The notes under the pieces: model-generated
The model's database searches: none
Seen by the model: the letters and a program-made list of their open reading frames with translations, nothing else
Told to the model about the DNA's origin: nothing
Position numbers and translations under genes: made by a program
Assembly (NCBI GenBank): GCA_045837725.1
Contig: JBEWZL010000291.1
Location: 46,164-66,163, forward strand
Direction: 5' to 3'
DNA: 20,000 nucleotides
Source: Vermamoeba vermiformis
Lineage: Eukaryota
Shown here: positions 1 to 10,285 of the stretch, one piece after another
Layout: each line of letters starts with the position of its first letter
Numbering within the stretch: the first letter of the stretch is position 1

Positions 1-2617
1 GTCGGCCATCCAAGGCAAGTTTGCAAGAGGTCCATTCAATTGGTATTGGTACTTAGTTACATCAAATTTGAATGGATCCGATTCGTCTAAGCTGCTTCCG
101 CCCAGTGAAACCAAAGCATTGAAGTCGGGATAAACTATGTCAACTGTGAACGTAGAATGCTTTTTGAAATGAGAATCCGTCGCCAGTGGCTTTCGTGTGC
201 TGACTAATGATACCTTCGAAGAGTGTCTCTTCAGCTGAAGCCCGTTGTCTAACGCCCAGTTCACACAGTCGACCGTTGTTAGAGTAGCACTACCAAATTC
301 GCTCGAATGCAACTTGTATGCATTAGTGATTACTGATCCATAAGCGATTATGATTTGTGGTTGGGTTGTGAAGAACATGACTTGTTTGGCGAGCTCATCC
401 TTCGCAGGCAGCGGATTAACCACTTGAGTCGATGTTTGCATCAGCCTCTTCAGTTCGAGGCAACGATCACAATGTTTTATGACACGCTGCTTTTCGTTTT
501 TCTCGCACTTGCACGCCTCATCCTGTAGCGTTGAGTACTGTTGTTGGATTTGATCTAACTTGTTTTGGCGCTCAATCTTCCTTTTTCTCTCATTTTCTCG
601 CTCTACGGCCAAGAGGCTCTTCATGTCCTCTTTTGAGTCGAAATACTTTTGAGCAAAATCTTGCGTTACTGAAGGGCACTCGTAGTCGAATAGACCGTTG
701 TAGCCCAATAATCGCTTGCGCTCAATTAGAGCAGCTGCTGTCTCCATTAGAAAGCGTTCTCTGAAAGTGAGACTCTCCAAAAGATCAACGGGAAGTGCCA
801 TGCCAACATTCGTAAACAAGTCCGGCCATCGTACACGAGCAATGCAATCGACCAAAGCAGTCAAACACCACACTGCCAAGACCTCTCGACTGCGTCGCTC
901 GGCTGACGTCTTCTTCACTTTGGCAACTAATGCTGTGTAGGCATCTGATAAGCTCCGTAGATTGCTAGCCCAGGCATCAAGATCCCCGTCTACATGTTGT
1001 GCACGCACGAGATTGAAGAGATGATAGATGAAGGACTCGGTTCCTTGCAGCATTAGAGAGGCCGTGAACATCGCCAACTCGGGCTTCTGTTTTGTAACAA
1101 TGACCAGCGCCCGTTCTATTTCGTGCGTGGTGGAATTAAGCAACGCAAAGGCTGAGCTCGGGTTGATGGATGTTACAAACTCTGCCGGATTGACAATTGA
1201 CGAAAACTCCTCTTTCAAGAAGTTGATCTCAACGTTCGAGCCAGCTTTCAGCGACCGCAGTATTTCTGGGGCCGGAAGAGCAAACCTGCCTAAAACGAGC
1301 GTTAAATTGGTCCTATGCTGATTAATTGCCTATTTACCAGATATGCCCTGCACATCAATTTTGCTCGGCAATCGCTCCTTCAGCATACGCTGCTTGAGGA
1401 CTTGCGGATAGAAATCATCAATTCGCTGCTGCATAGGCTGGCACTTTGTCGTAATGAACGTGATGACTTTCTCTGCCGCACTGTTCAGTGCTAGTAGCTT
1501 TCGTGATCTTAGGCCAATACGCTGCAGCATCTCCGCCTGCACTGCCGCACGATCTTGCTCTATCATAACCTCTTTGTGGCTCAACCTGTTGTATTGCAAA
1601 GCGAGCCAAGTCTTGAAGCCCAACACCAGGATTTTGTATTGCTCCAACGAGAAACCACCCCATCTCTGAGCCAGAGCAGTTGCAAACCGGATGGAGTTCC
1701 AGTGGATAGATCTGCGCCAGGGCACGCCCTGACCGACGAAGTTCTTGAGGGATCCAACAGTCTTCAGAGCATCGAGCGATGTTTCCACGAGAATGGTTTC
1801 TTTTGATAGTAATGGCAGTAGCCACTCGATAATGTACGTGGGTGTCGGTGGTTTTCTATTATCGGGAAGCTGACTTGCGCGGCTTTTCCCCAACGGATAC
1901 GCACCAGAAAACTCGTTGAGCTGCAGGTCAGCCATATAATGTAACCATCTGTCGGTAATTCTAGCCTTCTCCACTCTAAATATTGCTTTAGGCAGAGCGA
2001 TACGCCACGTGCGTGTGAATCCATCATCTTCTACAGGGTAGACCGAGGAATAGTTAGTGCGACGTAGCTCCATGGGCACAAATAGCAAGTGACCTGCCGA
2101 CTCTTTGTCGGCGAACACCACAATGTCACATGAGTGGTACGGAAAGTGCAACACGATGAAGCTGCCTAAGAACGCGGTTAATTGGATCGAGAAGCAATGA
2201 GATCTTGAGATACTTACTCTCTGATAACGAATTTATGGCACGTCGAGTTTTAGCGCAGACATCCTTTAACGAATTAGTAGCATTTCGGTAAATGTCCAAA
2301 GTGCTCTGCCAGCTGATTCGCAAAGAGGTGACAAAAAGTGGATCTAATCCGGGCAGTTTTGTGATGAAACTTGATGCTAGGTAAGCAATGAATGACTCTA
2401 TGTATATAGAGAAGCGAGCATCTTTGGCATAGTTTGGTTTGTTGAAGAGCGGAAATACATTTAAATAGACGTCTGAAAAAATTGAAAATAATTAATCTTC
2501 GCCTTCATATTGATCCCCGCACTCGATTACCTTCGATTTCACCATCCTAAAATTTTTTAAAATTAAAATAAGCCAAAATTAATTTTGGATCGTGTTACCA
2601 ACCTTTGAAGATTCCAT
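1..2617 (-). CDS. Giant DUF6606/DUF3638/DUF3645-like protein, 5' part (continues beyond position 1)
   Basis: Exons 2617-2603, 2546-2531, 2472-2218, 2165-1338, 1289-<1 joined by GT-AG introns; start could instead be ATG 2625. Motifs typical of this fungal/protist family: VPWRRSIHW, SREVLAVWCLTALVD..RWP, FAQKYFDS, HCDRC, NPLP..DELAKQVMF. Confidence 0.7.
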
Positions 2618-2776
2618 TGCACCATTTGTAGCTCCAATAAATTACCGATGCAAAAAATAGTTTTCAAATTAACCACAGTTAACATTATCTGTGGATGCAG
2701 ATCATTGTCGGCCTATCGACTAAAATTTATGAAACAATTTTTCGAAACGACAAATTTATTGGGATAGCCCGAACCC

Positions 2777-3004
2777 TCAAGAATTAGCATTGACTCTTCG
2801 CTCGTATCTTTCATTAGGAGCCTTGAGTGTACGGACGTACTTCATGTTCGTATTTGCAGTACAAAGGTGTCAAAACTAAGGAAAAAAAGTCTAGCTTACC
2901 TTGTGACGTCCGTCAATAATAAACAGCGCCACATTTGCGTGAATTGAAGGCAGCTGGTCGGCACCTGCTTCGAATCTTCTCCATATAGTACTCTCATCGA
3001 GTAA
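2777..3004 (-). pseudogene. Degenerate duplicate of the last two exons of the adjacent ANK/F-box/ParB-like gene
   Basis: Reads EYYMEKIRSRCRPAA, then a 2-nt deletion frameshift, then IHANVALFIIDGRHK|GTAAG; the intact gene reads EYYTERIRSECRPAALAISSNVELFIIDGHHK|GTACG with the donor at the same position. MKYVRTLKAPNERY matches MKYINHARNIENRY. No start or upstream exons. Confidence 0.75.
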
Positions 3005-3091
3005 GAGTACCATGAGTATGGCGCCGTTAAAAAGAATGGCATTACGAGTTGTTGATTTATTTGTAAATCGGATGTGATCGCGGGGCTTCCT

Positions 3092-5968
3092 TCACCAGTC
3101 TTCGTCAGAAATGCGCATTGAGTTCTTTGCTTGGTTGTACCGATTTTCTATATTTCTTGCGTGGTTGATGTACTTCATCTCTTCTTTCAGCGGTATTGTG
3201 TGGCTCAAGTCGACTTCATTAATACCGATGCTAACGACTACTAGCTCATTGATAAGGCCAAGATTCTTGTAAGCAGTGATCTATTATCGTGTTAAAAGGT
3301 GTAGCAATCGTTCAATGTAACACTTCGTACCTTATGGTGTCCATCAATAATAAACAGCTCTACGTTCGAACTGATAGCCAAGGCAGCAGGTCGGCATTCG
3401 CTTCGGATCCTCTCCGTGTAGTATTCGACCCGCTCCTCGCTCAACAAGTCAGAGGGTTGTGTGAAGTACACGAGCGGATAGAACGGAAACTCCGCTGAAA
3501 ATAATAAGTTAAAACCAACAGGTTGGACAATACAAAGTTTGACGTACTTTCAAGATTTGTAAAATCCGTAGTAGACGAGTATTCGAACAGCCTATAGTCT
3601 CCTCGACTTCGAACTTCAACGTCGTAATACCCTGACGAAAGACACTTCATGAAAGGCAGCAAGGTGTCGACAAGACTGTCAAATTCGATAATTCCGCTGT
3701 TTAGCGTATCCTCTGATCAGTGGCATTTAGTGTCAATCATAAGTGACGAATATTATATTCTACGTACCAATCTTCTTCACAGCACCTTCTATACTATCTC
3801 GTGAAAGCGACTGACACCTCGCGATGCAACGGTAGACTGATCCGCAGAATTGAGGCCAAGTTGACATAATTGGCTGCAACAATGTTATATACGTCACTAG
3901 GATGGATGAATGGCCACTACTTACCTCGCCATTGAGCTTGAGTCCAGTTAAAAAGCCATTCTCCAGTGCGAGCAACCCTTCACCGTCATCTAGTCGCACC
4001 ACTTGCCAGAATTGAGGCCGCTTTTTCAGCCGACCAACGATGTGAGACTTTTGAATTGAACGAAATGGGTTTGAACAATTTGGAACTGCTTGCGGGTGTC
4101 CCTGCCATAAACTCTTTGCTGTTATCACCCTGAACCAACTTTTTGACACCGAAGCGACCCGACACGCCTCATTAAAGGACAGATAGCCGAGCGTTAGCTT
4201 TACGATCTCTTGAGGGAGATTTGAGAACATTCCCAAATCGTATTCGGTAGTGTTTTTCCACAACTGGGATGACAACCGATAATCCTAAAATAATTGGGTT
4301 AAAATCGCATAATATGATTAACTTTTGATTACCTCTGGTAGTAGATTGCAACTCGCGACCAATTGCATCAATCGCCCTCCACTTTTAATCGGTGCGTCCA
4401 ACAGCATACGGACTTCTTCTGATGACAAATTTTTGACCAAATGTCGCCAGATTGCCCGTATATTCGACTCTAGTCTGTAAAAGTCCCATTGATTGTCCTT
4501 AATGTCGATTTGTTTTTGCAGGTCCTCGCAACTTCTGAAAAACTTTTCGATTGGCGTCATCGTTTCTTGTTTGCCCTCGATCTCATATAAACGTTCAGTC
4601 AACAGAGAAGCGACAACGTCTTGCTAAAATGGAGGTAAATCAATCAAGGAAAATATCAGTAACCCACAGACCTACCTTCGAAACAAAAGGCCACATCGTC
4701 ACAACGCCAGCATATTTTTCAGCGCTTAAAACGTCAGCAATGACCTGTCGGTCAAACTCAGAATCAACAGGCATTTTTGCCTTGAATCTATTGTACGATT
4801 AGAACACGCGTATTCTCGCTTAATTGAACATACTCGAACAGTTTGTTCAAAACATTGGTTTCCTGGCTAGACGCAGCAATTCCAAACACAGTTATCCCGT
4901 CCTGAATTGGTTCTCCGCCCTTCATATTTCGTGTTGTTGCTTTGATATCAAGCTCCGCATTAATCAACTTGTCAATGTCGCAGTAGTCATAAACAGCCGC
5001 GTAGAAGATAACTAAGTAATGGCCATTAATTAGCGACTCGTATCGTCTCTATCGTGCTTACTTGCCTGGATTGCCATGGATATCTTTTCCGTTAACATCT
5101 GCCCCACGTGACAAAAGATAGTCCACACAAGGCTTTTTCTTGTTCCACGATGTGAAAGCACGCTGCAGTGGCAATTTACTACCAACCCGATCGTTGACCG
5201 ACATACCTCGATCTTCAATCAAGTAGCGCAAAATGTCAACGCTGTATTTGCAAGCTAATTTTAGAACTTGATCCATTTGAGGATCCTGTAAAAAGGAACT
5301 GAGACACATGTAGGTACCAATACTTTCTTACCTTGCTATGTTGCAACATCTCCTTAAAATAGTTCAATGCGTTTTTTCGAATGGCAAGTTCAATGGGACT
5401 CTCGTGATGATGGTAATGATAATTAGCGCCTTGCGGATTTGGAGCGAACGGATCTACCGCACTCGGATGGGTCAAGAACATTCGCAGCTGCTCTGCTGTC
5501 AACTGTTTTGACATTGCAGCTATAGAAATATAAGGCTGCTGATCTGCAGCGAAATTAGGTCTTTCATTTTGAAAAAAGATACTTACGAGGATCAAAGGTA
5601 GCTTTGAATTTGAGTAGGACACGCAGCAGCGCTCCATCGCTCGGATCTCCTTTTTGACAGATTGACGAAATAGGATCGGCATAACCTTGTGGAGTTAATA
5701 TTGATTTCATATGTTGATAGACGCGCTCGGAAGGATTATTCCAGTCGTACAATAAATATTTCTGAATTTTTTCTTGGGTATTTTTGTTGATCCAATTAAT
5801 TAGGGTCTTTTGGTTTTGCCTGCAGACCCACTCTTCGATTGTAGGCTCTTCGCATTTTTTTTCTGGCTTAATTTTTACATCCGAAGGATCAACTAAGTCG
5901 TCACCAAAATCAAACGGGTTGTCTTCTTCCATTGCGCGGCTGAAATTGTTTTTCTGGTCTGTGTTCAT
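3092..5968 (-). CDS. Ankyrin-repeat + F-box + C-terminal ParB/Sulfiredoxin-like domain protein
   Basis: Ten exons keep one frame: 5968(or 5932)-5587, 5543-5332, 5285-5066, 5011-4834, 4787-4676, 4623-4333, 4284-3768, 3712-3548, 3494-3331, 3280-3092. Introns are 43-55 nt, one is GC-AG. ANK: YLLSRGADVNGKDIHGNPVIFYAA. F-box: FSNLPQEIVKLTLGYLSFNEACRVASVSKSW. ParB/Srx-like: TQPSDLLSEERVEYY..RP..LFIIDGHHKITAY. Confidence 0.75.
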
Positions 5969-6101
5969 TTTACTCCTGATGTTGTTGCGACGCCTCACAA
6001 CATTATTTTCAAGCGGTAATAGTACTCGGTGTATTACTATTACACGAAAATCAACACAAGCACCATCGTTATTTAAGAGAAGTTATAGATACGCTGCTCA
6101 C

Positions 6102-7916
6102 ATGGCTCAAACTGGCGTTGCAAGTCTAATTAACGCTCGCTGGGTCATCCCTATAGTGCCTGAGAATAAGGTGCTCGAGAACCATACCATTGCTGTCGAC
6201 AATGCAGGTAAAATCACGAACTAATTTCTCAAGATCCATTCCTTTAATTTAGAAAATTCGACTATCATTCTATTTATTCTCCAAATAATATTGTATGTTA
6301 TAGAGTCCGTTGTATTATAATTTTAAATTGCGGCTCTATTTTTTAAAAATACGCGATCCGCTTAGATCTTTATTTTCGTGCTAATTATCTTCATAATTAT
6401 TAGGAGATATCGTCGATGTTTTGCCGACCGAAGAAGCTAAAAAGAAGTATTTGAATGTTCCTAACATCGTGGATCGACCACACCACATCATAATGCCTGG
6501 TCTCATCAACATGCACTCCCACAGCCCGATGGTAAGAAAAATAATTACAACGGTTATTGATCCTTGATGAATAGCAATGACGGAATTAAAAAAATATTCG
6601 GCAATTGTCGAAACACGATCTGATCTCGTTCTTAGGTTTTACTTCGCGGCTTTGCGGACGATATGCAATTGATGGATTGGCTCAATAACAAGATCATGCC
6701 CGCTGAACAAAAGTGGGTCACACCTGAGTTCACCAAGGACGGCACTACTCTCGCTGCCGCTGAAATGATTCGCAGTGGTACTACGTGCTTCAATGACATG
6801 TATTTCTTCCCTGAAGCCTCGTACGTGATATAATTATCCATTGTCATTACCATTAACGTTAAATTTTTAGCGCTGAGGCCATTGAGCGTATTGGCATGCG
6901 TGCTGCTTTTGCTACTGTTATCTTGAAGTTCCCGTCAATGTACAGTGACACTCTCGACGGCTACTTCACTAAGGCACGTGACTTAGGGGTATAATGATTT
7001 GAGACTAATCACTTGTAAAGGCCCAACAACTGATCAAACAATACAAAAATCACCCACGTATTCAAATTACTTTGGGTCCTCATGCCCCTTACACCGTCAA
7101 TGACGCCCAATTTGAGCGTGTCGTGAAGATGGCACACGAGAACAACGTTAAGATTCACTTGCACTTGCACGAAACTGCCGCTGAAGTCGAAGGCGGATTG
7201 AAGGAGAACAACCAACGCCCGTTCGCTCGTATGGAGAAGTTGGGCGTTATTAATCCCAATTTGATTGCTGTGCACTGCACTCAATTGACTGATGAAGAGA
7301 TTGCTTCGCTCGCCAAGCACCATTGCTCCGTCGCGCACTGCCCTGAATCAAACGCCAAGTTGGCTAGCGGTTACTGCCCCGTGCCCAAATTGACTCAACA
7401 AGGCGCCAATGTCTGCCTCGGTACTGACGGTGCTGCCTCGAACAACGATTTGGACATGTTTGTAGAGATGCGCACATCTGCTTTGTTCGGTAAGTTCTAG
7501 TTGTTATGACCGAACTATTACTATTACTCTTTACTACGTCCTACGCATATGCAAACGTTTAACATGTTCATTTAGCCAAGTACTTCACTATGGACGCTAA
7601 GGCTGCTGACGCGTTCTCTGTGTTGAAGATGGCAACTATTAACGGTGCCAAAGCCTTGGGCCTCGAGAAACGTATTGGTTCGCTGGAAGCTGGCAAAGAA
7701 GCCGACATGATCTCCATTAACCTCAACACAATTGAGACCGTGCCTATGTACAACCCCCTCTCACACTTGGTCTACTGCTCTGGTCGCGAATCCGTCAACG
7801 ACGTCTGGGTCGCTGGCAAGCAATTGATGGAACACAGAAAACTGCTAACTATCGATGAAGCACAAGTTATGGCTAATGCTCGTGCCTGGGCTGAAAAGAT
7901 CGCTAAAGACCACTAA
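6102..7916 (+). CDS. mtaD: TRZ/ATZ-family amidohydrolase (5-methylthioadenosine/S-adenosylhomocysteine deaminase-like)
   Basis: Exons 6102-6207, 6404-6531, 6636-6820, 6871-6973, 7021-7489, 7576-7916. Motifs MPGLINMHSH (HxH), LRGFADD, GTTCFNDMY, GPHAPYTV, HLHLHET, AHCPESNAKLASG, LGTDGAASNNDLDM, GSLEAGKEAD. Substrate is inferred. Confidence 0.88.
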
Positions 7917-8094
7917 ACATTTGTAATAAACTCGTCATTCAAATTTCTCAAAGTATGTCTGACAGATGTGCAACAAGAATTGCGAAAAAGAATACATTTA
8001 AGGCCCTATACTCTTAGTATAGAGTCTGACTTTATTACATGGCTACTATAAATGAACTCAGGTTCACGAACAATAGCAAAATTCTTGAAACATC

Positions 8095-8700
8095 TTATTT
8101 GTTGGCAACGATGGTTTCTTCGAGCTTGGCAGCGTTGGCACCTATTTAATAGTACGATTAATATTTGGTCTACCGCAGCAAATAATCAGATCGAAATAGA
8201 AAAAATTTTCAATTTTCAAGAGGGCTTATCGCGATAGTCTTTAAGACCTACCCTTGAATTCAGCAACCTTAGCTCCGTTCTTGAAAAATTGGAAGGTGGG
8301 CATAGCAGTGATACCGCAAGCAGCAGCGACGTCTTCAGCCTCATCAACATCAACCTTGAAGCAGGCAATGTCGGTGAATTTCTTGGACATCTCCTCAAAT
8401 TTGGGAGAAATCATCTTGCAAGGACCGCACTATAGGACAATTATTAGTACGTATTAACAAAAACAAATCCGATGAAGGAAAACTTTCTACCAAATTATTC
8501 TATTAGCGCAAAAATTGATTTATCCCAGATTATTTTTTCATGTCGGGAGCAAGTTGGTACTGTGCCTAATAGTCACGTTAAGTGACGTAAATTTTTAAAT
8601 TACTTACCCAAGTGGCGCTAAAGTCAATGACGACGAGCTTGTCCTTGTTGGCAGCAAGAGCGTTGTCGAATTCGGCCTTGTTCTTAATTTCGTGGACCAT
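8095..8700 (-). CDS. trx: Thioredoxin (105 aa)
   Basis: Exons 8700-8608, 8429-8252, 8141-8095. Splicing builds VVIDFSATW|CGPC; also FKVDVDE, AMPTFQFFKNG, GANAAKLE. Confidence 0.96.
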
Positions 8701-9132
8701 TGTGTTATGTGTTGTTGTCTTGAGTTTTGATTTTGGACTGAAGAATGGAAAATTGCGCGCTTTTGTTGATCTTCCGACCACGTGCGGCTTCTAGAAACTT
8801 GACTAGTTTTGGTTCTCTTCCCGAGCGCCGAGTTATTCTAATTATACCGAAGCATCGAAGAAGCCACGAGAGGGATCTTAAATCACGGTGGTTGTTCTAG
8901 TCGCGAGGTACCAAATCCAATTTCGGACAACAGCATCCGCGGAGCTCGGTTCTATTGCAAACTAGAATACCGAAGACTGTTTTTTATTTACAAAGTATTG
9001 CTATTGTATTGTACATTTACTATAAGCGTCTCTAAGAGGAACGTGAAAGCTCCACGAATACCAAAAAAATATTTTACAATAATAGGGCGATACGGTCCCA
9101 TAGAATAGACGACTGATTATTACAACATGACA

Positions 9133-9999
9133 CTAATTGTCAATTTTAGTGTAGTGAGGTACGACTCTAAAGGCGAAATAAGAATTTAGCTGCGATCTAA
9201 TCGATCGTTTTAGCGTTTCCTGCTTACCGCTTGATACGTGGGTTGATAAGACTTCGTCCTGCCTTCCGTTTAACTCCTTTAGGCTGATTCGCGGCTCTGT
9301 TGTTATCTACAGTCAACGTGTCGACCATCGCAGAGGGCTGTGATTGCATCGAGAATGTTGCAACAGGCAAGCTGGATTTGACCTCAGTCTTGAAACCTGT
9401 AACGATCTTAGCTTCGTCCGTATATTCATAGCTGCACTTACCGTTATTTCTCGCAGAGCCGCCAGCACGCACTTGATCAACCAACGAGAAGACGAGTTGA
9501 ACAAACGCGGAGTCATTATCAGGAGCGCGTCTAAGAACGGTGAGGTAAGCAATTTTGAAGAGCAATCCGACAGAATTCACTTACGCCAACTCGAAAGTAA
9601 CCGAGGTCTGTTGTTTATCATCAAAAGAGCACCAAATAGTCATCGTAAGCTGATCTTCATCCATTGAAATGAACAAATCATCGTTTCCAAGCGCTTCTTT
9701 AATTTTCTCGAAAAATATTTGCCAAGAGAGGCTCTCCATATCGAGGGCGCGTTTCTGCACCAACAATTAGCAAATCTACGAATTTCAATGATTTCCTTAA
9801 AATAAATTCAAACTACCTGCTTATCCAATGCATCTAGCGAATAACTTGACGCCCATAGCTCTTTGTCGTCCAAGCAAGCACAGCTGACCTTCAGCTTGGC
9901 TTTTCTTGCCTCGAGCTTACAGATGTAGTTCTTACCCAGCGAGGTGACCTTAGCGTAGGTGCTGTCTACAATTATCAAATAATCCTCTGCTTTTGACAT
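9133..9999 (-). CDS. PAXX-like (XRCC4/XLF family) NHEJ accessory protein
   Basis: Exons 9999-9817, 9754-9585, 9530-9442, 9396-9228, 9166-9133; the last exon and the 45-nt in-frame intron are less certain. XRCC4-like head (ELWASSYSLDAL, FFEKIKEAL, VTFEL), short helix, disordered tail, and C-terminal KRKAGRSLINP resembling the PAXX Ku-binding motif GxSLINP. Confidence 0.6.
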
Positions 10000-10285
10000 C
10001 TACAGCTGTTATTTCATTTGAATATTGAAGGACGATTCAAATTGTGTAACGGATAGATTTGAGATTTCGCGGGCCAACAGTCACATGCCCAGTCCCGTGC
10101 AAAGCAAGGCGAATCAAGAAGCTCAAGCATAATTGTTGCAGCACGACGTAATTACGAACAATCTAATGAAGGTCCTGGCTCATAATTGGTCCACCAGGCA
10201 AACTCTTTGAAATCTGCGTTGTTTCTATTTTTGTCGAAGATTTTGGTTCAAAGCATTTAGTTTTATCAATTCGCACATTAACAAC

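Noticed and set aside
531-2027. Plus-strand and alternative-frame ORFs overlapping the first gene
   Set aside because: Shadows of long coding exons with no recognisable motifs; the same applies to 7009-7338, 8254-8457 and 16099-16626.
4601-4610. ACAGAGAAG, as in U6 snRNA
   Set aside because: Antisense to a coding exon and lacks the rest of U6.
6559-6625. Intronic C/D snoRNA candidate (TTGATGA 6564-6570, CTGA 6620-6623)
   Set aside because: CTGA lies 12 nt from the acceptor and is explained as the branch point CTGAT. There is no good terminal stem and no convincing guide next to a D or D' box.
8430-8607. Possible H/ACA snoRNA in thioredoxin intron 1
   Set aside because: One hairpin and an H-box-like AGAATA are present, but there is no second hairpin or ACA box.
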